A stretch of DNA of 64,000 nucleotides from an uncultured Candidatus Rokubacteria bacterium (GTDB lineage Bacteria > Methylomirabilota > Methylomirabilia > Rokubacteriales > CSP1-6). This document shows, piece after piece, positions 8,101 through 19,809 of this stretch. Position 1 is the first letter of the stretch. Every line of letters begins with the position of its first letter. The stretch covers positions 544,001 to 608,000 of the forward strand of contig CAVXJS010000009.1 of NCBI GenBank assembly GCA_963762145.1, written 5' to 3'. The position numbers and the translations under genes are program-made. The notes under the pieces are model-generated. The model saw only the letters and a list, made by a program, of their open reading frames with translations. It searched no databases and was not told where the DNA came from.

Positions 8101-10355
8101 CTACTTTCCCCTCTTTTGCAGGTACTCGGGGCCGACGAGGATCTCGCGCGGCTTGGCGCCGTGGCCGGGGCCGATGACGCGGTCCTGCTCCATCATGTCG
8201 ATGAAGCGCGCGGCCTTCGGATAGCCGAGCCCGAGCCGCCGCTGCAGGAACGAGATGGACGCGGCCCGCTGCGCGATCACCAGGTTCACCGCGTCCCAGT
8301 AGATGTCGTCGCGGTCCTCCCCGTTGCCGCCCGGCCCGGCCTCGTCGGACGGCAGCTCCACCGTCTCGTAGACCGCCGAGCCCTGCGTGCGCAGGAACTC
8401 GCACATCGCCTTCACTTCCTTGTCCGAGACCCAGGAGCCGTGCACGCGCATCTGCCGGCTCGCGCCCGGCGGCACGAAGATCATGTCGCCGCGGCCCAGG
8501 AGCTGCTCGGCCCCGTTGCCGTCGAGCACGGTGCGCGAGTCGACCTTCGACGCCACCTGGAAGGCGATGCGCGTCGGGAAGTTGGCCTTGATCAGGCCGG
8601 TCACCACGTCCACCGACGGCCGCTGGGTCGCGACTGATCAAATGGATTCCTACCGCCCTCGCGATCTGGGCCAGGCGGATCAGCGAGTTCTGGACCTCGC
8701 CGGCCGAGACCATCATGAGGTCGGCCAGCTCGTCCACCACCACCACCCAGTAGGGCAGGCGCTCTTCCGGCGGCACTTCCTTGTTGTAGCCCTCGATGTT
8801 GCGCACCGCCTTCGCCTGGAGCTGCTTGTAGCGGGCGTCCATCTTGCCCACGATCCACTTGAGCCGCGCGGAGGCCTCCTTCGCGTCGGTGACGACCGGC
8901 GCGAGCAGGTGCGGGATCTTCTCGTAGATGCCGAGCTCGAGGCGCTTCGGGTCGATCAGGAGGAACCGGACGTCCGCCGGCGTGGCCTTGTAGAGCAGCG
9001 AGCAGATCATGGTGTTGAGGCCGACCGACTTGCCGCTGCCGGTGGAGCCCGCGATGAGCAGGTGCGGCATGGCAGCCAGATCCGCGACCACCGGGTTGCC
9101 GGTGGTGTCCTTGCCGAGCGCCAGCGGGAGCTTCCCCTTGGTCGAGACGAACTCCGGGCTCACCAGGATCTCGCGCAGGTACACCGTCGCGGTCTCCGGG
9201 TTCGGCACCTCGACCGCCACCGTGCCGCGCCCGGGAATCGGCCCGATGATGCGCACCGCCGCCACCTTCATGGCCAGGGCCAGGTCGTCGGCCAGGTTCA
9301 CCACCTGGCTCACCTTGACGCCCGCCGCCGGCTCGAACTCGTACGACGTGATGACCGGGCCCGGGCTCGCCTGCACGATGTGGCCGTCCACCCCGAAGTC
9401 GTGGAGCTTCTTCTTGAGCGTCTGCGCGTTGCCTTCCAGCTCCTCGCGCGTGCGCTGGAGCGACGAGGCCGGCGGGGCCGCGAGCAGGCCGACCGCGGGC
9501 AGCTTGAACGCCTCCGCGCCGCCCTTGCCGAAGTCGAACGTCTCCTGCCAGGCGAGGCCCTTGTCCGAGAGCCCCGACTTCACCTTCGGCTGCTCCTTCA
9601 CCACGAACGGCGGCGGCGCGGCCGGCTGATCCGCCGGCCAGCCGCCCGGCGGCACCGCGGCGACCAGCGGCAGGTCGGCCGTCGCCGGGCTGCCGCGCTG
9701 GCTCTTCTTGCCCTCCGGCCGCCGCCCGCGGCCGAAGCGCGCCCGCAGCGTGCGCGAGAGCACGCTGTACGGGATGCGCGTGACGAAGAGCACGCCGAGC
9801 GGGATGAGCGCGAGCAGGATGATCCAGGTGCCCACCGTGCCGATCGAGACCATGAGCCCCTCGGACACCGCCCAGCCCACCACGCCGCCCTTGTGCAGCC
9901 GGTACTCGGCCAGGGTGTCGGAGGCGCGCGCCAGGATGCCGGTGGCGCTCACCAGCAGGATGAGGAGCCCGACTCCAGCCTGCCAGCCGTGGGCCACGCG
10001 CGGCCGCACGAAGGCGGAGACGCCGTAGAGCGCGAGGAGCACCGGGAAGAGATAGCCCGGCGTAGCCGAAGGCCTGGAAGGAGCCCCAGCCGAGCCACGC
10101 TCCGACCGGGCCCACCGGGCTCGACTGATCGAGGGGATGCACCATGGGGTCGTAGGCGTAGAGGGCCACGAAGCCGAAGCCGGACAGGGCGAGGGCCAGG
10201 ATGCCCTTGGCCTCGCGCACCCAGCGGCCGGGCTCGGTCTTGCCCGGCCGCGGCCGGCGGCGGGCTCCGTCGCGCGGCGCCTCGCGCGGACCGTGACCGT
10301 TCGCGCCGGACGCCTTCTCGGGCAGGATCTTCTCGATCGTCGACTTCTCCGCCAT
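8101..10355 (-). CDS. ftsK: DNA translocase FtsK (frameshifts near 10050 and 8635)
   Basis: N-terminal TM segments, HLLIAGSTGSGKS, VVVVDELADLMM, gamma domain ASISFLQRRLGLGYPKAARFIDMME. Confidence 0.95.
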
Positions 10356-12061
10356 CAGACCTCCAGGATCACGGGCAGGACCACCGGCTTGCGCTGGAAC
10401 CGCTGGTTGATGAACCGTCGCGCCGCGCTGCGTACCATGGCGCCGACCAGCTCGCGGTCGAATGCCTCCGGCTCCCGCCGGCCGGCCAGGGCGTCTCGCA
10501 CCGCGGTCTTGACCTCGTCCATCAGGGCGTCGGCCTCCTTCATGTAGACGAACCCGCGGGAGACGATCTCGGGTCCCGCCACGATCAGGCCCGTGGTGCG
10601 ATCGATCGTCAGCGCGATCACCAGCATGCCCGCCTCGGCCAGGAGCTGCCGGTCGCGGAGCACCACGCTGCCCACGTCGCCCACTCCCTTGCCGTCCACC
10701 AGCACCGGCCCGGCCGGGTAGCCGCCGAGCACCCGGGTGCCGGACGCGGTGACCTCGAGCCCGAGGCCGTCCTCGATGAGGAAGATGCGGTCCTTGGGGA
10801 TGCCCACACCCTCGGCCAGCCGCGCGTGCTGGAGCAGGTGCCGGAACTCGCCGTGCACCGGCACGAAGTAGCGCGGGCGCGTCAGTCGCGAGCATCTGCT
10901 TGAGATCCTCCTGGCTCGCGTGCCCCGAGACGTGCACGAAGGCCACGTCCTCCCAGAGCACCTCCGCGCCGCGGCGCAGGAGCGCGTTGATCACGCGGCC
11001 GATCACGCGCTCGTTCCCCGGGATCACGCGCGAGGAGAAGATCACGAGGTCGCCCGGCCCCGCGTGCACGTACTTGTGGTCGCCCGCCGCGATCAGCGAG
11101 AGCGCGGAGTGGGGCTCGCCCTGGCTCCCGGTGGAGACGATCACCTGGCGCTGGGCGGGCAGCTCGGCGAGCTCCTCGAGCGGGCAGGATCAGGCCCTCC
11201 GGCACCGTGAGGTAGCCCAGCTCCTGCGCCACCGCCACGTTCGTCATCATGCTCTTGCCGAGCAGCGCGACTTGTCGATGGCAGTGCGCCGCCAGATCGA
11301 GCACCTGCTGGATGCGGTGGATGTGGGAGGCGAAGGTGGCGAGGATGATGCGCCCGGGCGCCTCCGCGAAGCGGCCCGCGAGCGCCTGGCCGACGAGCGT
11401 CTCGGAGCCGGTGTGCCCCGGCCGGCCGACGTTGGTCGAGTCCGAGCAGAGCACGAGCACGCCGCGCTCGCCCAGCGCCGCGAAGCGCGAGTAGTCCGGC
11501 TGCTGGCGGTCCACCGGCTGCGCGTCGAGCTTGAAGTCGCCGGTGTGGACCACCGTGCCGAGCGGCGTCTCGATCGCGAGGCCGATGCCGTCGGCGATCG
11601 AGTGGGTCACGCGGATCGGCTCCACCGTGAAGCCGCCCACGACGATGCGATCGCCCGGGCGCGTACGTGCGCAGGTCGGCCTGGTCGAGGACGCCGTGCT
11701 CGGCGAGACGATGCTTGGCCACCGCCAGGGTGAGCGGCGTGCCGTACACCGGCACCGGGAACTCCCGCAGCAGGTACGACAGCGCGCCGATGTGGTCCTC
11801 GTGGCCGTGCGTGAGCACGACGCCGCGGAACGCGTCGCGCCGCTCGCGCAGATAGGCGAAGTCCGGGATGGCGAAATCGACGCCCGGCATCTCGTCGTCC
11901 GGGAAGAGCAGGCCGCAGTCGACGGCCAGGATGTCGGGGCCGCACTCGATCAGCATCATGTTGAGCCCGATCTCGCCGAGGCCGCCCAGGGGAATGAGTC
12001 TCACCGCGGGCTCGCCGGGCGCATCGATCGGAACGGGATCTGGTCTGTAAGTGGTGTTCAT
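10355..12061 (-). CDS. rnj: Ribonuclease J (several frameshifts)
   Basis: [51 protein letters not shown]. Confidence 0.95.
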
Positions 12062-12089
12062 TGCGGCCTTTTCATCCTACCATCGGCCC

Positions 12090-12978
12090 CTAGCCGGGCC
12101 CAAGGAACGGGGCTAGGTCCGCCGTGGCGGCCAGCCGGGCGAATTCGGCCAGGCGAGAGGGTCTCGGCCCGGCGGCCCGGGTCGATCGCGGCGGCCTCGC
12201 AGAGCCGGCGGGCCCGCTCGGCGCCCAGGCCCAGACCGGCGGCCAGGGCATTCGCCAGGCTCTTGCGACGCTGGCCGAACGCGGCGCGCACGACGGTGGC
12301 GAAGCGGGCCGGATCGGCCACCGGCACGGGCGGCGCGCGGTGCGTCACGAGGTGCAGGACCGCGGAGTCCACCTGGGGCGGCGGGCTGAAGGCGCCGGGC
12401 GGCACGCGAGAAGGCCAGGCGCGACGCGACCGCCACCTGGGTCAGCACCGACAGCGCGCCGTAGGTCTTCCCCCCGGGCGCGGCGGCCACGCGCTCGGCC
12501 ACCTCCTTCTGGAGCATCAGCGCCATCTCGTCGATCGCCGGCGCCGCCTCGACCAGCGCGGCCAGGATGGGCTTGCCCACGCTGTACGGGAGGTTGCCGA
12601 CCACCAGGACGCGGCCGCCGGGATCGGGCGCGAGCGCGCGCAGCGCCCGGTAGTCGAACCCGCGCGCGTCCGCCTGGCGCACCTCCACGTGCGACGACGC
12701 GGCGAACCGGGCCTGGAGCGTCGCGGCGAGCTCCGCGTCGATCTCGAGCGTCAGGAGCCGGCCCGCGCGGGCGGCCAGCGTCTCGGTGAGCGCGCCGCGC
12801 CCGGGCCGATCTCGACGACCAGGTCGCGCGCGGTGGGCGTCACCAGGTCCACGATGCGGTCCACCACCGACCGGTCCCGCAGGAAGTGCTGGCCGAGCGC
12901 GCGGGTGCGACCGCGCGTGGCCGACCGGTACACCGGCGCGCGCGGGACCGCCGCGCGCGCGTTGCGACGCGGGCTCAC
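12090..12978 (-). CDS. rsmA: 16S rRNA dimethyladenosine transferase RsmA/KsgA (frameshifted)
   Basis: [48 protein letters not shown]. Confidence 0.92.
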
Positions 12979-13609
12979 CGCCGCGCCTGGAGCTGGCGCA
13001 GGTCCTCGAGGAGGGCGCGGTAGACCTCGCGCACGCGCGCGGCCGTCGCCTCGGCGCGAGCCCGAGTTGTCGATGACGTAGTCGCCCGCGCGCGCCTTCT
13101 CCGCCAGCGGCATCTGGCTCGCGGTGCGGCGCGCGCGCGGCCTCCTCGGTCGAGCCGTCGCGCGCCATCAGCCGCGCGGAGCTGGGTGGCGGGATCGGTG
13201 GTCACCACCACGACCTTGTCCATCTTCTTGTGGCCGCCCGATTCGACCAGCAGGGCCGCGTCCCAGATCAGGAGGCCGTCGAAGCCCTGGCGCTCGAGAT
13301 CCGCCATGATCTTCTCGAACCGCACCCGGATCGCGGGATGGGTGATCGCCTCCAGCCGCTTCCGCTTGCCGGATCGGGGAAGACGATCTCGCCCAGCTCG
13401 CTGCGGTCGAGCCGACCGTCGGGCTGGAGCACGTCCTTGCCGAACTCGACCACGATCTGGGCGTGCGCGGGCGTGCCCGGCTCCACCACCTCGCGGGCGA
13501 GGGCGTCGGCGTCCATCACCCGCACGCTCGGGCTCGCCAGCAGCGCGGTGACCGTGCTCTTGCCGGTGGCGATGCCGCCGGTGAGGCCGACCAGGAGGAA
13601 GCGCTTCAT
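12975..13609 (-). CDS. coaE: Dephospho-CoA kinase (frameshifted)
   Basis: VGLTGGIATGKSTV, DADALAREVV, DAALLVE, DYVIDNSG. Confidence 0.92.
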
Positions 13610-16177
13610 ACCGCGGCCCAGTCGGCGCCGATCTTCACGTCCACCCGGAGCGGCACGTCGAGCGACATCGCGGACTCCATCACCTCGCGTGGCCAGCGCC
13701 TCGGAGCCGGTCCAGCTCCGCGGGCGGCGCCTCGAACAGCAGCTCGTCGTGCACCTGCAGGAGCATGCGGCTCTCGAGCCGGTGCGCCTCCAGCTCCGCG
13801 GCCATCCGGACCATCGCGATCTTGATCGAGGTCCGCGGCGGTGCCCTGGATGGGCGCGTTGGTGGCCATGCGCTCGGCGAAGCCGCGGAGGTTCGGGTTG
13901 CCGCTGCGCAGCTCCGGCAGGTAGCGCCGGCGCCCGAGCAGCGTGCTGACGAAGCCGCGCTCGCGCCCGTCCGCGACGGTGCGCGTCGAGGTAGGCCTTG
14001 ACCTTGGGATGCCGGCGCGAAGAAGCGGTCGAGGAACTCCTGCGCCTGCTTGGTGCTCATATCGAGCCCGCGCGAGAGGCCGAAGGCGGTGACCCCGTAG
14101 ATCACCGCGAAGTTGGTGGTCTTGGCGATGTCGCGCTGCTCCGGGGTCACCGCCTCGAGCGCGGACGCCGAACACCTCGGACGCGGTGCGGCGGTGGATG
14201 TCCTCGCCGCGACGGAAGGCCTCGATCAGGCTCTCCTCGCCGCGAGACGTGGGCGAGGATGCGCAGCTCGATCTGCGAGTAGTCCGCGGCGAGGAACTGC
14301 CAGCCCGGACTCGGGGACGAACGCGGCCCGGATGCGCCGGCCCAGCTCGGTGCGCACCGGGATGTTCTGGACGTTCGGATTGCTCGACGACGAGCCGTCC
14401 GGTCGCGGCCACGAGCTGGTTGAACGAGGTGTGGATGCGGCCGGTCCGCGGGTTGATCAGGGTCGGCAGCGAGTCGGCGTAGGTGGACTTGAGCTTGGCG
14501 AGCGTGCGGTGCTCGACGATCCGCGCGGGCAGCTCGTGGCCGAGGGCCAGCTGCTCGAGCACGTCGGCGTCGGTCGAGTAGCCGGTCTTGGTGCGCCGCA
14601 CCGGCGGCAGCTTGAGCTTCTCGAACAGGATCGTGGGCGAGCTGCTTGGGCGAGCCGATGTTGAACTCCTCGCCCGCGAGCGTGAAGATCTCGCGCGTCG
14701 TCCGCTCGAGATGCACCTCGAGCTCGCGCGAGAACTCGCCGAGGCGGTCCGGATCGACGCGGATGCCGTGCCGCTCCATGCGCGCGAGCACCGCCGATCA
14801 GCGGCCGCTCGATGTCCTGGTAGACGGCCGTGGAGACCTACCTCCTGCAGCGCGCGCGGCTGCATCGCCCAGAGATCCCAGATCCACCGGGCCCGCGTGC
14901 CGGGCCGCGCGATCCCGGGCCCCTGGCCGAGCAGCTCGGCGCAGACCTCCTCGAGCTTGTAGTTGGTGCGCGCCGGGTTGAGCAGGTAGGCGGCCACCGC
15001 GGTGTCCTCGCCCGGGGGCAGCGTGCCACCCCGGGCCAGCCACCACTCGGATAGCGGCTTGATGTCGTGACCGACCAGCGTGCGCCCGCCGAGGTCGGGC
15101 ACCGCGGCCTTCCAGGCCTCGAGCTCGAGGATCGCGGGACCCGCGCCCGGGTGAAACAGGCCGATCGCGGTCAGTGCCGGATCCGGCGGGCCGCCGTCGC
15201 CGATCGCTTCGACGGCGAGCGGCTCGCCCGCGGGCGCCTCGGCCAGGTAGGCCGCGAGCGCGGCGGCGTCGGCCAGGGTCGGGACGTCGGCGCCGGTGGC
15301 CTCGGGCGCGGGCTCGGCGGGGAGCTGGCGCAGGAGGCTGTGGAACTCGAGCTCGGTCCAGAGCGCGCGCAGGCGATCCCAGTCGGGCTCGCGGCGGCGG
15401 AATGCGTCCAGGTCCACCGCGATCGGCACCCGCGTGCTGACCGTCGCCAGCTCGCGCGAGAGCAGCGCCTGCTTGCGATTGGCGGCCAGCGTCTCGCGCA
15501 GCTTGCCCGGCACCAGGGAGAGGTTCTCGTACAGCCGCGCCACGCCGCCGAACTGGCCGATCAGCTTGGCCGCGGTCTTCTCGCCCACGCCCGGCACGCC
15601 CGGGATGTTGTCGATGGAGTCGCCCATCAGGGCCAGGATGTCGGGGATCTGCGCGGGCTCCACGCCCCACTTGGCCTTCACCGCCGCCTCGTCGAAGACC
15701 ACGCGGTCCCCGCCCCGGCCGGTGGTCGAGAACACGCGCACCCGCGGGCTCACGAGCTGGAGCATGTCCTTGTCGCGAGGTGACCAGCGACCAGGTCGAT
15801 GGCGAGCTCGCGCGTGCGGTCCACCACCGTGCCCAGCACGTCGTCGGCCTCGAAGCCCGGCACCTCCAGGAGCGGCAGGCGCAGGGCCTCGAACAGCGTC
15901 TTCACCAGCGGGATCTGGGTGCGCGAGATCGTCGGGCATGGGCGACCGCGTCTCCTTGTAGGCCGCGAACTTCTCCTCCCGGAACGTGGGGCCGGGCGGG
16001 TCCCACGCCACCGCGAAGTAGTCGGGATTGTCCTCGCGCAGCAGCTTCCACAGCATCGTGGACATGCCGAAGACCGCGTGGCTCGGCACGCCCTTCGACG
16101 GTGGAGAGAAAGGGGATCGCGTGGTAGGCGCGGAAGAGGAAGCCGGGGCCATCGAGGATGAACAGGCGCTCGGTCAT
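13606..16177 (-). CDS. polA: DNA polymerase I (many frameshifts)
   Basis: [76 protein letters not shown]. Confidence 0.95.
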
Positions 16178-16273
16178 GCGGGCTCGCCCGGATCATACAC
16201 CGGCCTCCCGGCGACCGCCTCTCCCGTGCCTTTAATGTCCGCACGCTCGGTTAGTATTGACGAGGAGGCTCAC

Positions 16274-17567
16274 GTGACCGGAGATCGCTTCCTGGTGGAG
16301 GGCGGCCATCCCCTGCGGGGGACGGTGACGCCGGCCGGCAACAAGAACGAGGCCCTGCCCGTCCTCGCGGCGTGCCTGCTCGTCGCCGGCGAGGTCGTCG
16401 TGGAGAACGTGCCCCGCATCCGGGACGTGACCGCGCTGCTCGAAGGCCTCCGCCACCTGGGGGTCCGAGTGGACGTGGACGACCACGGCACGGTGCGCCT
16501 GGACGCGAGCACGCTCAAGGGCCGCGACCCCGACCCCGCGGTGATGTCGCAGCTCCGCGGCTCGGTGCTCCTGGCGCCGGGCCTGCTCGCGCGGACGGGC
16601 CAGGCCGTGCTGCCCCCACCCGGCGGCGATCGGATCGGCCGGCGGCGGCTCGACACCCACCTGCTCGCGCTGAGCGAGCTGGGCGCAAAGGTCGCCTCCG
16701 GCCCGTCGCTCCACCTGACGCTCGAGGGCCGCTTCCGCGGCACCGAGGTGTTCCTCGACGAGATGAGCGTGACCGGCACCGAGAACACGGTGATGGCCGC
16801 CGCGGTGGCCGAGGGCGAGACCGTGATCCTGAACGCGGCCAGCGAGCCGCACGTCCAGGGCCTGTGCCGCTTTCTCAACGTCCTGGGCGCCCGGATCAGC
16901 GGAATCGGGACGAACCAGCTCCGCATCCAGGGGGTCCGGGAGCTCGGGCCCGGCCGCCACCGCCTGGGCCCCGATCACATCGAGATCGGCTCCTTCGTCG
17001 CGCTCGCGGCCATGACCGGCGGTGATCTGCGGATCCGCGACGTGATCCCGGAGGATCTGCGCATGATCCGCCTGGCCTTCCGGCAGGCTGGGGGTGGAGA
17101 CGTCGCTCGACGGCACCACGCTGGTGGTCCCCGGCCCGCAGAAGCTGGAGGTGGCGACCGACGCGGACGGGGCGATCTCCAAGGTGGACGACGCGCCGTG
17201 GCCGGGCTTCCCCGCCGACCTGACCTCGCTCGCGCTGGTGCTGGCGACCCAGAGCCGTGGGACCGTGCTCATCCACGAGAAGCTGTTCGAGAGCCGCCTC
17301 TTCTTCGTGGACAGCCTCATCGCGATGGGGGCCCGGATCGTCCTGTGCGATCCGCACCGCGCGGTGGTGGTCGGCCCCACCGAGCTGCGGGGCGCCCCGA
17401 TGGTCTCTCCCGACATCCGCGCGGGCATGGCCCTCATCGGCGCGGCGCTCTGCGCGCGCGGAACCTCCTCGATCATGAACGCGCACCAGGTGGACCGTGG
17501 TTACGAGCGGATCGACGAGCGCCTGCGCTCCCTCGGCGCGCGGATCACCCGCGAGCCGGGCGCCTGA
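16274..17567 (+). CDS. murA: UDP-N-acetylglucosamine 1-carboxyvinyltransferase, Asp-type active site (frameshift near 17085)
   Basis: GAGGAGG RBS; [46 protein letters not shown]. Confidence 0.95.
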
Positions 17568-17617
17568 CCACGGCGGGTCGCTTCGGCGCAACGCGCTCGT
17601 GGAGCGCCCGCACCCAC

Positions 17618-18643
17618 GTGGTGCTGATCCTCGAACTGGCCGTATCGCTCACCCTTCTCGGCGTCGCCACCGTAGCGACCGCCCACCCCTCGAGCTTGCA
17701 AGCCGAGCTCGATCGCGTCGCCGCCTCGGTCGGCGGCAGCGCTGGCATTGGCGTGCGCCATCTTGAATCCGGGCTCGAGCTCTACGTCAATCGGGGCGTG
17801 CGCTACCCGATGGCCAGCGTATTCAAGGTGCCGGTCGCGATTCAACTGCTCGCGATGGTCGAGGAAGATCGCGCCGATCTGGACAGGATGGTCGAGCTGC
17901 GCGCGAGCGACCTTCGCCCTGGCAGCGGCGGGCTCGTGAAGGGCTTCGTCGAGCCGAGGCGCATCACGATTCGAGAGCTGCTCGAGAGGATGCTGGTCGA
18001 CAGCGATGCCACCGCCACCGACTACCTGCTGCGCGAGATCGGCGGCGTCCCGGCTGTCCAGGCGCGGTTGAAGAAACTCGGGTTGGACGGCATCTCGGTG
18101 GACCGCACGACCGGTCACCTCCAGGCTGCCGCGCTCGGCTTCGACGACCTGCCCGCCGACGTGGGACCCACGGCGTCCGAAATGGATCGGATGATCCACA
18201 CGCTCCCGCGCTCGCGGCGCACTGGACGCATCGCCGCCTTCATGAATAATGAGCGGGACACGGCGACGCCCGAGGCGCTCGTCGCGATGCTGACAAAGGT
18301 CTGGAACGGCGAGACGCTCGGTCCGAAGTACACCAAAGTCCTTATCGACACCATGCATCGCTGCCGGACCGGCAAAGGGCGGCTTCCGGCCGGGCTACCG
18401 GCAGGAACAAAGGTCGCTCACAAGACGGGGACATTCAGGGGCTTGATCACGAACGACGCCGGAATCATCACCCTTCCCGGCAAGTCCGGGCATGTCGTCG
18501 TCACGGTTCAGATCAAGGAGTCCAGCCAGCCTCTCGAGGCGCAGGAGCGCGCGGTCGCGGAGGTCGCGCGCGCAGTCTACAGCCACTTCACCGCCAGAAC
18601 TCAGACGAGCTTGCGTCCGCCCGCTTCCTCTTCCCGCCACTAG
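17618..18643 (+). CDS. Class A beta-lactamase-fold serine protein with atypical catalytic motifs (start approximate)
   Basis: ASVFK (SxxK), SDA in place of SDN, DRTT in place of DRxE, HKTG, NDAGII. Confidence 0.85.
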   Translation: MVLILELAVSLTLLGVATVATAHPSSLQAELDRVAASVGGSAGIGVRHLESGLELYVNRGVRYPMASVFKVPVAIQLLAMVEEDRADLDRMVELRASDLRPGSGGLVKGFVEPRRITIRELLERMLVDSDATATDYLLREIGGVPAVQARLKKLGLDGISVDRTTGHLQAAALGFDDLPADVGPTASEMDRMIHTLPRSRRTGRIAAFMNNERDTATPEALVAMLTKVWNGETLGPKYTKVLIDTMHRCRTGKGRLPAGLPAGTKVAHKTGTFRGLITNDAGIITLPGKSGHVVVTVQIKESSQPLEAQERAVAEVARAVYSHFTARTQTSLRPPASSSRH

Positions 18644-18667
18644 CGGTCACCTGATAGAGTCCGTTCC

Positions 18668-19387
18668 ATGCCAACCATGAAACGCATCGGGGTGCTCGGT
18701 GGGATCAGCCCGCAGGCCACGATCGACTTCGAGGCGCGCGTGCACCGCGTCTGCCAGCAGCTGGTCCCGCAGAGCTGGAATCGCGGCTACCCGCCGATGG
18801 TGGTCTGGTACCACCGCCGCATGCCCCTGCGCGTCGACGCCGATGACCGGCCGCTCGTGCCCCGCGAGATCGACCCGGAGCTGGTGGATGCTGCGACCTG
18901 GTTGGGCCGGACCGTGGACTTCCTCGTCATGCCCTGCAACGCCGCCCACGTCGGGCTGGCCGCGCTCAGGAAGGCCGCCGGGTGCCCGGTCCTCAGCATG
19001 ATCGACGTCGCGGTGGACGAGGTCGCGCGGCGGGGCTGGCGGCACGTCGGCGTCCTCGGCTTCGCCGGCGCGCCGGCGCCCTACGTCCAGGCGCTGGGCG
19101 CGCGAGGGGTCCGCCACGCGACGATCGACGGCGCGCTGCAGGCGCGCGTGGACGCCGGGATCCGGGCCGTGGCGGAGGGGCGCGAGGGCCCGGCCGATAC
19201 GGAGGCCGCCCGCGCCGCGGTCGCGGCCATGCGGGCGGTGCCGGTCGAGGGTGTGCTGCTCGGCTGCACGGAGATCCCGCTGATGCTGGGCGAGGAGGTC
19301 GAGGCCAAAGATCTCCTCAGCCCGGCGGCGCTTCTGGCCGAGGCCGCGGTCCGCGCGGCCATCGGTGACATCCCGCTGCCTCGCTAG
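18668..19387 (+). CDS. Aspartate/glutamate racemase family protein
   Basis: IGVLGGISPQAT; both catalytic Cys motifs PCNAAH and LGCTEIP. Confidence 0.92.
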   Translation: MPTMKRIGVLGGISPQATIDFEARVHRVCQQLVPQSWNRGYPPMVVWYHRRMPLRVDADDRPLVPREIDPELVDAATWLGRTVDFLVMPCNAAHVGLAALRKAAGCPVLSMIDVAVDEVARRGWRHVGVLGFAGAPAPYVQALGARGVRHATIDGALQARVDAGIRAVAEGREGPADTEAARAAVAAMRAVPVEGVLLGCTEIPLMLGEEVEAKDLLSPAALLAEAAVRAAIGDIPLPR

Positions 19388-19809
19388 GTCGATCCTGATT
19401 TCGCGCGTTCCCGCGACTACCGACTCTCCGGCCGTCCTCCTTGGCCGGGATGCAGATGTTGGTGAGCTGGCAGCTCCCGATCTGCTCGTGATCGAGATCC
19501 GCGCACGCCTCGCCCACGCACGCGATGACCGGCGCCGAGGTTGATGCAGGCGTCGCCCGAGCACGAGCCCGGTCCGGCGGCATCGCCCTTGGGAGCAGCG
19601 GCCTACGCCTGAGTGTCGCCCAGCCGGCCAGATCGAGCACCCGCCCGGGCGCCTAGGAAGTCGTCTCGGAAACGCGCTCACCCGAGCAGGCGCGAACGTT
19701 GAACGGTCCGGGGCGAGATCCGGGCACGCGGCGCGCACCGCTCGGTATCGTGCTGGCCTGGGCGACGCCGGAGCGGCAGGGGCCGAGATCCGCGAGGAAT
19801 TCCGGCGCG

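Noticed and set aside
16028-18643. Apparent MurA-beta-lactamase fusion (871 aa)
   Set aside because: Frameshift near 17085; the real MurA C-terminus is ORF 17094..17567 with its own stop
17618-18643. Calling this gene a functional antibiotic resistance determinant
   Set aside because: Key deacylation residues are missing, so resistance cannot be inferred from sequence
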